DNA from: Alphaproteobacteria bacterium
GTDB lineage: Bacteria > Pseudomonadota > Alphaproteobacteria > RS24
Direction of reading: 5' to 3'
DNA length: 64,000 nt
NCBI GenBank assembly: GCA_965662725.1
Contig: CBFIIT010000001.1
Span: 83,350-147,349 of the forward strand
Part shown: positions 1-8,971 of the stretch, one piece after another
Position numbering within the stretch: the first letter of the stretch is position 1
Layout of the letters: each line of letters opens with the position of its first letter
Position numbers and translations under genes: made by a program
The notes under the pieces: model-generated
What the model saw: only the letters and a program-made list of their open reading frames with translations
What the model was told of the DNA's origin: nothing
Databases searched by the model: none

Positions 1-338
1 CCATCCAAACCCAACTCGCCCATTGCATAAAACCCGCGCACGGCGTGTTGCGGCAATGCACCCATCGCCACCAAAAGACCAAGCGCAATCGGCAAATCAT
101 AATGGCTGCCTTCTTTCGGCAAATCGGCCGGCGACAAATTTATGGTGATACGGTCATAAGGCAGCGCCAAGCCGACCGCCGACAGAGCGGCGCGCACTCT
201 TTCGCGGCTTTCGGCCACTGATTTATCGGGCAGGCCAACAACGGTAAAGGCATTTTGGCCGGGCGCCAAATGCACTTGCACATCGACCGGCACGGCATCG
301 ACGCCTTGAAAGGCGATGGTATGAATGGAAGCGGTCAT
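1..338 (-). CDS. comM: YifB/ComM-family Mg-chelatase-like ATPase, N-terminal fragment (continues beyond the left edge)
   Basis: My own reverse-strand translation from the ATG (complement of 336-338) reads MTASIHTIAFQGVDAVPVDVQVHLAPGQNAFTVVGLPDKSVAESRERVRAALSAVGLALPYDRITINLSPADLPKEGSHYDLPIALGLL. This is the typical N-terminal domain of YifB/ComM proteins. It is absent from the ORF track because the frame has no stop inside the window. Confidence 0.75.
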   Translation of the reverse strand, partial: MTASIHTIAFQGVDAVPVDVQVHLAPGQNAFTVVGLPDKSVAESRERVRAALSAVGLALPYDRITINLSPADLPKEGSHYDLPIALGLLVAMGALPQHAVRGFYAMGELGLD

Positions 339-465
339 TTTTTCTTCTTCTTCTATGCGGCTGGATTTGCCTTTTGAAAGCTTAGGCAAAATTATCCGCG
401 CCGACAAGCAAGGGTTGATTTGCGGCAAAATCAGTGTCACTTTCCAACCAGCTTGGAGAAATCTA

Positions 466-726
466 ATGTTTGGTCCGCGGCGCGTAACAGTCGCTCAGGG
501 TGATGTTTTCATCGAAACCCTGTCCGGCAAAAGAAAAATTTTTAAATCTATGGGTGTCGCCGATAGTGCGCCGGCTGACACGTTTCAAAGCCTATGGGAA
601 GTAACCGAATTATTGCAGTTTAACGGCTTGCCGCATGCGCGCTTGTCAAACCGCGATAGCGGCCAAATACGCACCATTGCGTTGGATGCGCTGGAGCGGC
701 AAGAGATTTACAAAAAACGCAATTAA
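466..726 (+). CDS. Hypothetical small protein (86 aa from this start; alternative starts at 355 or 325)
   Basis: The open frame is 325-726. ATG 466 is preceded by GGAGA (455-459) with a 6-nt spacer. Codon choice resembles neighbouring genes. I recognise no family. Starts at 325 or 355 would overlap or abut the divergent comM start, so the internal start is preferred. Confidence 0.35.
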   Translation: MFGPRRVTVAQGDVFIETLSGKRKIFKSMGVADSAPADTFQSLWEVTELLQFNGLPHARLSNRDSGQIRTIALDALERQEIYKKRN

Positions 727-754
727 GCTCGGTCAGCTTCCGATTGACCTGCAA

Positions 755-1705
755 TCAAACTGATGCCGGCGCGCGGCGCGCCTCAATCGCATCTAAAATC
801 ATTGCCGCAATATCCGGCCCGCCAAATGCCTTGATTTCGCGAATGCAGGTCGGCGAGGTGACATTTATCTCGGTCAAATAACCGCCAATCACGTCAATGC
901 CGGCGAAAATAATCCCCATTTCTTTAAGGCGCGGGCCGATTTGCGCGGCGATTTCCATATCCCGCGCATCCAATTCAATCGCTTCGGGTCGTCCGCCAAC
1001 ATGCACATTGGCGCGCGCATCCCCTTCTGCCGGCACACGGTTCAACGCCGCCACCGCTTCGCCCTCGACCAAAATCACCCGCTTATCGCCGCCGCGCACT
1101 TCTTTCAAATAGGCTTGCGCAATCACCGGCTCGCGAGCGCTTAAAAACATATCGACCAGTGAGCCGAAATTTTCATCTTTTTGTGTCACACGAAACACAC
1201 CGGCACCGCCATTGCCGAATACCGGCTTTAAAATAATATCACCATGAGCAGCGCGAAAATCTTCCAGCGCGGCACGGTCACGGGTCATTAAAGTCGGCGG
1301 CAAAAGACCGTCAAATTCAACCGGAAAAATTTTCTCCGGCGCATTGCGCACAGCAGCCGGATCATTAACCACCAAAGTCTCGGGGTGAATGCGTTCGAGA
1401 AAATGCGTCGCAGAAATATAATGCATATCAAAAGGCGGGTCTTGGCGCATCAGCACCACATCCATTTTCCGCATATCGGTCAGATGAGCCGCGCCCAATT
1501 TAAAATGCGCACCCAATTCATCGGCCAATTGCAGCGGTGCCAAACGGGCCGATACTTCGCCATCCAACATGGACAGCATATCCGGCTCATAATAATACAG
1601 CTCATGGCCGCGCGCTTGCGCTTCCAACCCCAAGGCAAAACTGGTATCGCCGACAATATCAATATCGGCAATCGGGTCCATTTGAATGGCAATTTTCAGC
1701 GCCAT
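755..1705 (-). CDS. gshB: Glutathione synthetase (ATP-grasp)
   Basis: 316 aa. The N-terminus [41 protein letters not shown] and the ATP-grasp C-terminal half are typical of prokaryotic GshB. Confidence 0.93.
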   Translation of the reverse strand: MALKIAIQMDPIADIDIVGDTSFALGLEAQARGHELYYYEPDMLSMLDGEVSARLAPLQLADELGAHFKLGAAHLTDMRKMDVVLMRQDPPFDMHYISATHFLERIHPETLVVNDPAAVRNAPEKIFPVEFDGLLPPTLMTRDRAALEDFRAAHGDIILKPVFGNGGAGVFRVTQKDENFGSLVDMFLSAREPVIAQAYLKEVRGGDKRVILVEGEAVAALNRVPAEGDARANVHVGGRPEAIELDARDMEIAAQIGPRLKEMGIIFAGIDVIGGYLTEINVTSPTCIREIKAFGGPDIAAMILDAIEARRAPASV

Positions 1706-1798
1706 TATTCCTCCGATAGCGTAAAAATTTATATTTCCCTTTCACGCTTACGGCGAAACCGCCCATCGGTCAATTCGCTTTCAATCAGACAAAGCGGC

Positions 1799-2257
1799 TC
1801 ATAAATTATGCCGCCACGCCGCCTTTATATGCAATGGCAGGCGCCAATTGGCCAAGGCAATCAAATCAAAACGCCAGCGATGCTCGCCATATTGCGGATT
1901 GGCGGCAACAAATTGCGCCGCCGCTTTTTCAATCCGATGCCATTGCCGCGGCACCACGGCTTGCCGTGCCAACCACAAATTGCCGCGCGCCTTCACCTCG
2001 ACAAAAACCAGCAGCTTGCCGCGCCGTGCAATAATATCAATCTCACCGCCACGCATTTTTTGATTGCGCGCAATGATGCGGTAATTTTTCAGCCTTAATA
2101 GCCAGCTGGCAATTTGCTCGCCTTGGCGTCCGCGACGGTGGCCCTGTTTGGCCCATGCGGTTTGGCGTGCCTTGCGTGTGGCTTCCTCACGGGCTTTTTG
2201 TTTCGCCGTCTGGCCGGTCAGATGCGGCTTCTTTTTGTTGGTCATTTTTTCGAACAT
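1799..2257 (-). CDS. yraN: YraN-family (UPF0102) endonuclease-like protein
   Basis: The core GRQGEQIASWLLRLKNYRIIARNQKMRGGEIDIIARRGKLLVFVEVKAR matches the YraN signature. The start was moved to the in-frame ATG at 2257 (2245 is also possible). There are no further in-frame starts downstream, so the gene overlaps the rsmI 3-prime end by 59-71 nt. Confidence 0.8.
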   Translation of the reverse strand: MFEKMTNKKKPHLTGQTAKQKAREEATRKARQTAWAKQGHRRGRQGEQIASWLLRLKNYRIIARNQKMRGGEIDIIARRGKLLVFVEVKARGNLWLARQAVVPRQWHRIEKAAAQFVAANPQYGEHRWRFDLIALANWRLPLHIKAAWRHNL

Positions 2258-3188
2258 CCTCTTTCTTGTTTGTTTTATCGGATGGGGTGAGCGCCAAAGC
2301 GCGGGCATAAATCTGTTTGCGCGGCAGGCCGGTTTCGGCGGCAATGTTTTGCACCGCATCGCGACGGCTCATCTGCGCCATTGCATCATTCAGCATGGCG
2401 TCAATATCGTCATCAGCGGGCGCTGTTTCTTGCCGCCCGGCCGATATCAATAAAGTCACTTCACCGCGCGGCGGGTTTTGCGCGAAGGCGGTTTGTAAAT
2501 CATCCGGAGTGCCGCTTATGACTTGTTCAAATTTTTTGGTCAATTCGCGGGTCACGCATATTTCTGCCTGCGGGGCCAAGGTCTCAATATCGGCCAATAA
2601 ATCAACCAATCGCTTGGCCGATTCAAATAACACCAAAGTGCCGGTCGGCGCTTCCAATAATCCGCTCAACGCTTTTTGGCGCGCGGCTTTTTTCGGCGGC
2701 AAAAAGCCGGCAAAACAAAACCGATCGGTCGGCAGGCCGGCAATAGACAAAGCCAGCATCGGGGCCGAAGCACCGGGCACGCCGCTGACATAATGACCGG
2801 CAGCGCGCGCGGCGCGCACAAGCGGCATGCCGGGGTCTGAGATAAGCGGCGTTCCGGCATCTGAAATCAGCGCAATGGTCTCGCCCTCGGCCAAGCGGGC
2901 AAGAATTTTCGGCCGCATTTTCTCCGCATTATGCTCGTGATAAGCGAGGCAATGCGGCTTTAACCGATAGCGGGAAAACAGTTTTTGCGAGACGCGCGTG
3001 TCTTCACACAAAACCAAATCCGCCGCCGCCAAAACATCCAAAGCGCGCAAGCTGATATCGCGCGCATGCCCGATTGGCGTGGCTACAATATAAAGACCGG
3101 CCGCGAGATGCGCGTCGCCATCATTTAAAAAGCCATTCTGATCGTCATTTTTTTGCATTGCGGAAACCTTACCCTGCTTGAACGCCAT
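2187..3188 (-). CDS. rsmI: 16S rRNA (cytidine1402-2'-O)-methyltransferase
   Basis: LYIVATPIGHARDISLRALDVLAAADLVLCEDTRVSQKL is the tetrapyrrole-methylase-fold RsmI signature. The protein carries a Lys/Asp-rich C-terminal tail. Confidence 0.9.
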   Translation of the reverse strand: MAFKQGKVSAMQKNDDQNGFLNDGDAHLAAGLYIVATPIGHARDISLRALDVLAAADLVLCEDTRVSQKLFSRYRLKPHCLAYHEHNAEKMRPKILARLAEGETIALISDAGTPLISDPGMPLVRAARAAGHYVSGVPGASAPMLALSIAGLPTDRFCFAGFLPPKKAARQKALSGLLEAPTGTLVLFESAKRLVDLLADIETLAPQAEICVTRELTKKFEQVISGTPDDLQTAFAQNPPRGEVTLLISAGRQETAPADDDIDAMLNDAMAQMSRRDAVQNIAAETGLPRKQIYARALALTPSDKTNKKEDVRKNDQQKEAASDRPDGETKSP

Positions 3189-3229
3189 ATGTAAGCGCGG
3201 CTTTGCCCTTATGCAGCCATAATCGCGGT

Positions 3230-3245
3230 TTAAAATTCGTTTAAC
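3230..3245. promoter_or_regulatory. Candidate CtrA-type box TTAA-N7-TTAAC
   Basis: The sequence ttaa aattcgt ttaac is an exact match to the alphaproteobacterial CtrA consensus spacing. It lies in the rsmI/lpoA-like divergent intergenic region and is the only canonical N7 site I found in an intergenic region of this window. Confidence 0.35.
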
Positions 3246-3270
3246 GTATTATCGGTAAACCATGCGCCTC

Positions 3271-3361
3271 GATTTGCTTCATGGCTTTGCTTCATGGATT
3301 TGCTTCATCGCTTTGCTTTATGATTTTACGTGGTGATTTTACTTCACGACTTTACTTCATC
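3271..3361. repeat. Tandem array, 13-bp unit x 7
   Basis: Read directly from the sequence: gatttgcttcatg / gctttgcttcatg / gatttgcttcatc / gctttgctttatg / attttacgtggtg / attttacttcacg / actttacttcatc. The array is non-coding, because 13 is not a multiple of 3. It sits between the divergent rsmI and lpoA-like genes. Confidence 0.9.
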
Positions 3362-3426
3362 AACCGGCGCAGATAGGGTCAGGCGCAGAAATAAGGATGT
3401 CTATAATTTTTGAAATCCGTCGCATA

Positions 3427-5109
3427 ATGTCCGCTTTTCGACCCCTCAAAAGGCGCGCGCCAGCCTTGCTTTCGCGTCCGCTCTCATCATTGGTTCGGCC
3501 CTTGGCTTCATCTTTGGCGCTCGCCGCCTTGGCCGGCTGTGCCGGCGCCCCATCAAAGCCCGCCGCACCGGCCAGCGTAAAAGCGCCGATAACCATTAGC
3601 GCACCGGCCCCTGTTTTAATGCCGATAGATAAGGCTGCCTATCCGCCCGCACCGCCGCGCGATGAAGAGGCGCGCATTATCGGTCTGCTTTTGCCAATCG
3701 GCGATGAGCGCGATGCGATACGTCAATTGGCCGGTCATCTTTATAATGCCGCGCAATTGGCCTTATTTGATAGCGGACAAAAAAATCTGGTGCTGCGCTT
3801 GCATGATACGCGCGGCACGCCGGACGCCGCTTTGGAGGCCGGTAAAGCGGCTTTATCTGCCAATGTGAATGTGCTGGTTGGGCCGCTTTTTGGAACCTCG
3901 GCCGCCGCTTTAAAGCCGCTTCTGGCCGGCCGCGATGTGCCGGCTTTTGCCTTTTCCAATGATGCCAGTGCTGCCGGTGACAATCTTTGGCTGCTAGGCT
4001 TTTTACCGGAACAAAATATCGACCGGATTGTTTCGGAAGCGATTGCCCAGGGCTTGACGCGCTTCGGTGCGTTAGTGCCGGAAGGGGTTTTCGGCGCCCG
4101 TATCGGCAATGATTTTGCGGCCTCGGTAGAGCGGTTTGGCGGCACTGTCATTCAAACGGAAACCTATCCGCCCGATGCTAAGGGCATGTTTGAACCGGTC
4201 AAAAGACTGGCGCAATTTGACCGCCGCAAAGCAGCCCATGCGGCACAAGTAAAACGGCTGGCCGATGAGGCTTTGGCGCTTTTGCCGGTTGACGAAAAGC
4301 TGGATGAAGAGAGCGGCGCAATGATTGCCGTGCCGCCGCCGGTTGAGCCGGAAGAAATATTTGCCGCTTTGGGCGATGCGGCGCCGGAATTGGTATCGGC
4401 TTATGAAGCTTTAAGCTTGACCGAAACCTTGGGCGATATTCCCTATGATGCGGTATTTATGCCGGAAGGCGGGTTGGCGTTGCGCAATTTGGCCCCGCTT
4501 TTACCGTATTTCGATATTGATCCGCGGCGGATTAAATTCATCGGCACGCGGCTTTGGGATGACCCGACTTTAAGCCAAGAGCCGCCTTTGCATGGCGGCT
4601 GGTTTGCCGCCCCGCCGGGCGTGAATTGGCAGGGCTTTGCCGCGCGCTATGAAAAAACCTATGGCGAGGTGCCGCCACGCTTGGCTTCCATGGCTTATGA
4701 TGCGGTCGCCTTGGCGGCGCGCCTGGCAACGATAAATGCCGAAGCACCGTTTCGACAAGAATTGCTGACCGACCCGAACGGCTTTGTCGGCATTGACGGT
4801 ATTTTGCGGCTGAAAGAAAACGGGCTGAATGAACGCGGCCTCGCCGTGCAAGAAATCACCCGCCGCAATACAAGAAATATTAGCGCCGCGCCCGATAGTT
4901 TTGTCGAGCATGACCGGCGGCTCCGCGCCGCCATCTCCTTGGCCGGCGCATTACGCTTGTCAAACCCTGACCGCGCCCTGTCGGGAAGTGACGCCGATGG
5001 CGAGGCTATTTTTGAAGCGGAAAATAATCCCGCCGCTTCGGCCGAAGCAGGGGAAACGCGTGAAACAAATCAAAACGGCGCGCAGCTTACGCCAATAAGC
5101 GGCCAATAA
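3427..5109 (+). CDS. Penicillin-binding-protein-activator (LpoA)-like / periplasmic ligand-binding (type I PBP fold) lipoprotein
   Basis: There is a signal peptide with a lipobox (LAALAGC). The central region resembles Leu/Ile/Val-binding-protein-fold LpoA-like proteins (GLLLPIGDE..., VLVGPLFG). The position divergent to rsmI is typical. The start is set at ATG 3427. Confidence 0.72.
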   Translation: MSAFRPLKRRAPALLSRPLSSLVRPLASSLALAALAGCAGAPSKPAAPASVKAPITISAPAPVLMPIDKAAYPPAPPRDEEARIIGLLLPIGDERDAIRQLAGHLYNAAQLALFDSGQKNLVLRLHDTRGTPDAALEAGKAALSANVNVLVGPLFGTSAAALKPLLAGRDVPAFAFSNDASAAGDNLWLLGFLPEQNIDRIVSEAIAQGLTRFGALVPEGVFGARIGNDFAASVERFGGTVIQTETYPPDAKGMFEPVKRLAQFDRRKAAHAAQVKRLADEALALLPVDEKLDEESGAMIAVPPPVEPEEIFAALGDAAPELVSAYEALSLTETLGDIPYDAVFMPEGGLALRNLAPLLPYFDIDPRRIKFIGTRLWDDPTLSQEPPLHGGWFAAPPGVNWQGFAARYEKTYGEVPPRLASMAYDAVALAARLATINAEAPFRQELLTDPNGFVGIDGILRLKENGLNERGLAVQEITRRNTRNISAAPDSFVEHDRRLRAAISLAGALRLSNPDRALSGSDADGEAIFEAENNPAASAEAGETRETNQNGAQLTPISGQ

Positions 5110-6277
5110 TATAATCCAGCAATAGACGCCCTTTGGCCGTCGCCTGTAACAGATTATCGGCATCGACCAATAAGCCATCCGCTTTCAATCCATCTAACCG
5201 CGTCGGCTCAAGCGAAACGCCTTGTTCGGCCAGTAAATGCAAGCCGCGCCCGTCAACCAAACGCAATCCCAACATGACCAATTCTTCCGCCGCCTCATTG
5301 GCCGCCAGCGCCGTCAAGCCCGACCAGCCATGACCTTTTTCAGCACATGCGGCGAGCCAGATTTGCGGGTTTTTATGCGAAAGGCTGGCGTGTTTTTGGC
5401 CGTTCAATGTCAAGCGCCCATGCGCGCCCGGGCCAATGCCGACATAATCACCGCCTTGCCAAATCGCCCGATTATGCGCGCATTGATGCGCCGCTTGCGC
5501 ATGATTGGATATTTCATAAGCCGGTAAATCAGCCGCCGCGCATTGCTCTTGCGTGACCTCGTATAAAGCGGCTGATAATTCCTCATCGGGCATGGCAAAT
5601 TTGCCTTGCGCAACATAATTTTCAAACGGTGTCGCCGCCTCGACAGTTAATTGATAAAGCGACATATGCTGCGGCGCGAGCGCCAGAGCAGCCTGCAATT
5701 CACGCTCCCAGCCATTTATGGTTTGGGCTGGCCGCGCATAAATTAGGTCGAAAGAGGCGGTGGTGAAAATATTTTGCGCCGCCAGAAACGCCGCTTTTGC
5801 ATCCGCCGCACTATGCGTGCGGCCTAGCATTTTGAGCGCCGCATCGTCAAACGCTTGCACCCCTAAAGACAACCGCGTCACGCCGGCATCGGCCAAGCCT
5901 TGTAATTGGCTTTGCGCCGCGCTGACCGGATTGGCTTCCAATGATATTTCAGCGTGGCCATCCAGCCCCCATAAATCATCAATCGCCATTAAAATCCCGC
6001 CGACCAAATCAGGCGACATGAGGGACGGTGTGCCGCCGCCGAAAAACACCGTCTCGACCTGTCCGACGGGCCGCAAGTGATAGGCGTGATTTAACTCAGC
6101 CTTATAGGCAGCCAACCAGTCTTTATTATCGGTCTTATTGAGATGCGCGCCATGCACGTTAAAATCGCAATAAGGGCAAATCGCCGTGCAAAAAGGCCAA
6201 TGCACATAAATGCCGAGCGGCGGCAAGTTTTGAGCCCGGCCACGCGCCATATTGCTGACGCTTAATGGTTCAGCCAT
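5087..6277 (-). CDS. hemW: Radical SAM heme chaperone HemW (coproporphyrinogen-III-oxidase-like)
   Basis: [20 protein letters not shown] carries the CxxxCxxC radical-SAM motif and the HemN-like C-terminal domain is present. The start is set at ATG 6277, which overlaps the rdgB stop by 8 nt. TTG 6295 and ATG 6250 are alternatives. Confidence 0.88.
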   Translation of the reverse strand: MAEPLSVSNMARGRAQNLPPLGIYVHWPFCTAICPYCDFNVHGAHLNKTDNKDWLAAYKAELNHAYHLRPVGQVETVFFGGGTPSLMSPDLVGGILMAIDDLWGLDGHAEISLEANPVSAAQSQLQGLADAGVTRLSLGVQAFDDAALKMLGRTHSAADAKAAFLAAQNIFTTASFDLIYARPAQTINGWERELQAALALAPQHMSLYQLTVEAATPFENYVAQGKFAMPDEELSAALYEVTQEQCAAADLPAYEISNHAQAAHQCAHNRAIWQGGDYVGIGPGAHGRLTLNGQKHASLSHKNPQIWLAACAEKGHGWSGLTALAANEAAEELVMLGLRLVDGRGLHLLAEQGVSLEPTRLDGLKADGLLVDADNLLQATAKGRLLLDYIIGRLLA

Positions 6278-6908
6278 GCGCGACGCGATCGGCAAAACAC
6301 GCCGCCACTAATTGCTCAAACGCATCAGCGCGATGCGATATTGCATGCTTGGCCGCCGGTTCCATTTCCCCAAATGTCATATCGCCGCCTATTGGCAGAA
6401 AAATCGGGTCATAACCGAAGCCGTTTTTACCGCGCATCGGCCATACCAAACTGCCCTCAACCTTGCCTTCAAAACTTTCAACATGGCCATCCGGCCAAGC
6501 CAAGCTCAGCGCGCAAATAAACCGCGCCGTGCGCGGCGCGTTTTTCTTCTCGCCGGTCAGATTGTTCAATGCGATTTCAATTTTATGCATGGCGAGATCA
6601 AAATCGCGGCCATTCGCCGTTTCCGCCCAACGAGCCGAATAAATGCCCGGCGCCCCATCCAGCGCATCAACCGCCAGACCGCTATCATCCGATAGCGCCG
6701 GCAAACCGGCTGTGGTGGCGGCGGCCAATGCCTTTAATTCAGCATTGGCAATAAATGTGTCGCCGGTTTCTTCAGGCTCAGGCAGGCCCAGCGCATCGGC
6801 GCCAACCGTCTCGACGTGAAAACCCTTTAGCAAATCGGCAATTTCAACCAGCTTGCCTTTATTATGGCTTGCAACAATCAGTTTTTCTTCGCTAAACGCA
6901 CGCGCCAT
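6270..6908 (-). CDS. rdgB: Non-canonical purine NTP pyrophosphatase (dITP/XTP pyrophosphatase)
   Basis: [18 protein letters not shown]...GFGYDPIF is the HAM1/RdgB signature. The start overlaps the rph stop (TAATG). Confidence 0.92.
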   Translation of the reverse strand: MARAFSEEKLIVASHNKGKLVEIADLLKGFHVETVGADALGLPEPEETGDTFIANAELKALAAATTAGLPALSDDSGLAVDALDGAPGIYSARWAETANGRDFDLAMHKIEIALNNLTGEKKNAPRTARFICALSLAWPDGHVESFEGKVEGSLVWPMRGKNGFGYDPIFLPIGGDMTFGEMEPAAKHAISHRADAFEQLVAACFADRVAHG

Positions 6909-7645
6909 TACAAACCGACGGCCTGTTTTTGCATGTCGACCAGCTCGGCAATGCCGGCTTTCGCGAGGCTCATAAGGGTCATGAACTCAGCCTCATCAAA
7001 TGCTTCCCCTTCGGCAGTCGCTTGAATTTCAACCAAACGACCGGCGCCGGTCATGACAAAATTACCATCCGTATCGGCCACACTGTCTTCATCATAATCC
7101 AAATCCGCCACCGGCAGGCCTTGATAAATACCGCACGATAAAGCCGCCACTTGGTCGTGCAATACGCCGCCCATAACCGGTGTTGAAATCAGCCCGTCAT
7201 TTTTCATTTTGGCGACGCATTGATAAAGCGCCACCCAAGCGCCGGTAATCGATGCGGTGCGGGTGCCGCCATCGGCCTGAATGACATCGCAATCCAATGA
7301 AATTTGATTTTCGCCGAGAGCTTCCAAATTAACCACAGCGCGCAAAGAGCGGCCGATGAGACGCTGAATTTCTTGCGTGCGGCCCGATTGTTTGCCGGCA
7401 TTGGCTTCGCGCCGCATCCGCTCACCGGTTGAGCGCGGTAGCATGCCATATTCAGCCGTTACCCAGCCGCGACCCTGACCGCGCAGCCATGGCGGCACGC
7501 GGGTTTCCAATGAGGCGGTGCATAAAACATGCGTGTCGCCAAACTTTACAAGGCAGGAGCCTTCGGCGTGTTTGGAGACATCCGTCTCGAGGCTGACGGC
7601 GCGCAGCGCATTGGCAGTGCGGCCTGAAGGGCGGGAAACAGTCAT
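6908..7645 (-). CDS. rph: Ribonuclease PH
   Basis: 245 aa. [38 protein letters not shown] and [19 protein letters not shown] are classic RNase PH motifs. Confidence 0.95.
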   Translation of the reverse strand: MTVSRPSGRTANALRAVSLETDVSKHAEGSCLVKFGDTHVLCTASLETRVPPWLRGQGRGWVTAEYGMLPRSTGERMRREANAGKQSGRTQEIQRLIGRSLRAVVNLEALGENQISLDCDVIQADGGTRTASITGAWVALYQCVAKMKNDGLISTPVMGGVLHDQVAALSCGIYQGLPVADLDYDEDSVADTDGNFVMTGAGRLVEIQATAEGEAFDEAEFMTLMSLAKAGIAELVDMQKQAVGL

Positions 7646-7741
7646 GGGAAATCCTTTCGCTATCGCTTCTATCTAATACGCCCTTGCTGGCGGGGCAAGT
7701 GGGCTTGGCGGCAGCGCATTATCGACGTAGATTATCTGCCA

Positions 7742-8884
7742 ATGAGTGAACTGGCCGATTTAACCATAAGGGCGCGCGCCATATTTAGCGAGATTGTCGA
7801 AAACTATCTCGAAACCGGCGCCCCTTTAGGGTCCAAAAACCTTGCCGCCCGCTTGGATGAGAAATTATCGCCGGCCAGCATTCGCGCCACCATGGCTGAA
7901 TTGGAACGCCATGGTCTGCTTTATGCGCCGCATATATCGGCCGGTCGCCTGCCGACCGAAAGCGGTTTGAAATTATTTGTCGATGGGATGATGCAGACCG
8001 GGCATTTAACCGATGCCGAACGCGCCGCTTTGAGTGCCGATATGGGGACGCATGGCGAAACCGCCCAAAGCTTGGATGAAGTGCTGCACCAGGCGGCAGA
8101 AAAATTATCCGGCTTGAGCGCTTGCGCCGGTCTGGTATTGGCCCCCAATGCCGAGCGCGCGGTCAAACATATTGAATTTATCGCCGTGTCAGACAGCCAT
8201 ATTTTGGTGATTTTGGTCGATGACGGCAATCGGGTGGAAAATCGGCTGATGCCGCGCCCGCCCGGTCTGGTGCCGCAAAAGTTGAATGAGGCAGCCAATT
8301 ATCTCAATCACCGATTGAGGGGACGCACTTTAGGCGAATTGCGCCGCGACCGACAGGTCGAATTGACGCGACTTGAGAAGGAGCTTGGTCAATTGACGGC
8401 TAAATTGGTGGAGGCCGGTCTTATCAGCTGGGGCGGGGATGGCGCCGCTTCCAATGGCGCAAGCGATGCCAATGGGCCGGACGCCGGCAGCGGCAATAGC
8501 GATATGTTTGCCAAATCCTTAATCGTGCACGGGCGCGAGAAATTATTGGATGACGTCGCCGCGATGCAAGATTTGGAACGCATTCGGCATTTATTTGACG
8601 ATCTTGACCAACAAAAAGAGTTAATCGCGCTTTTATCGGAAGCCGAAGAAAGCGATGGGGTGAAAATTTTCATCGGCTCACAAACGCCGCTTTTTTCGCT
8701 TTCCGGCTCATCCGTCATTATCAGCCCATATCATGATGAGGGCCGCGATGTGGTCGGTATTGTCGGGGTTATTGCCCCGACACGAACCAATTATGCGCGC
8801 CTCATTCCCATGGTTGACCATACCGCGCAGGCAGTCAGCGCGATTTTATCGCAGCAAAGCATCGCAACAAAGCCAAGGCCATAA
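7742..8884 (+). CDS. hrcA: Heat-inducible transcription repressor HrcA
   Basis: 380 aa. It has the N-terminal winged-helix region (RARAIFSEIVENYLETGAPLGSKNLA) and an HrcA C-terminal domain, in the hrcA-grpE arrangement. Confidence 0.93.
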   Translation: MSELADLTIRARAIFSEIVENYLETGAPLGSKNLAARLDEKLSPASIRATMAELERHGLLYAPHISAGRLPTESGLKLFVDGMMQTGHLTDAERAALSADMGTHGETAQSLDEVLHQAAEKLSGLSACAGLVLAPNAERAVKHIEFIAVSDSHILVILVDDGNRVENRLMPRPPGLVPQKLNEAANYLNHRLRGRTLGELRRDRQVELTRLEKELGQLTAKLVEAGLISWGGDGAASNGASDANGPDAGSGNSDMFAKSLIVHGREKLLDDVAAMQDLERIRHLFDDLDQQKELIALLSEAEESDGVKIFIGSQTPLFSLSGSSVIISPYHDEGRDVVGIVGVIAPTRTNYARLIPMVDHTAQAVSAILSQQSIATKPRP

Positions 8885-8904
8885 GGGCTGGACGATTTTA
8901 CAGC

Positions 8905-8933
8905 CTTGATTTTACCACTGAGGCCCCCTAACT
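8905..8933 (+). promoter_or_regulatory. Candidate RpoH (sigma-32) promoter for grpE
   Basis: CTTG (8905-8908), an 18-nt spacer, then CCTAACT (8927-8933). This is the same architecture as the dnaK candidate and is close to the alphaproteobacterial RpoH consensus CTTG-N17/18-CYTATNT. Confidence 0.4.
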
Positions 8934-8971
8934 AAGCGGCAAGAGCTATGATAGCTGAACCATTTTGAGGA

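Noticed and set aside
3271-3361. The 13-bp x 7 array could be a CRISPR-like array.
   Set aside because: The units are directly tandem with no spacers and are far shorter than CRISPR repeats. No cas genes are nearby. It is reported instead as a plain tandem repeat.
5052-5067. This is a possible third parS (ggaaacgcgtgaaaca) near the end of the lpoA-like gene.
   Set aside because: Only the right half-site (GTGAAACA) matches. The left half matches at 3 of 8 positions and the sequence is not palindromic.
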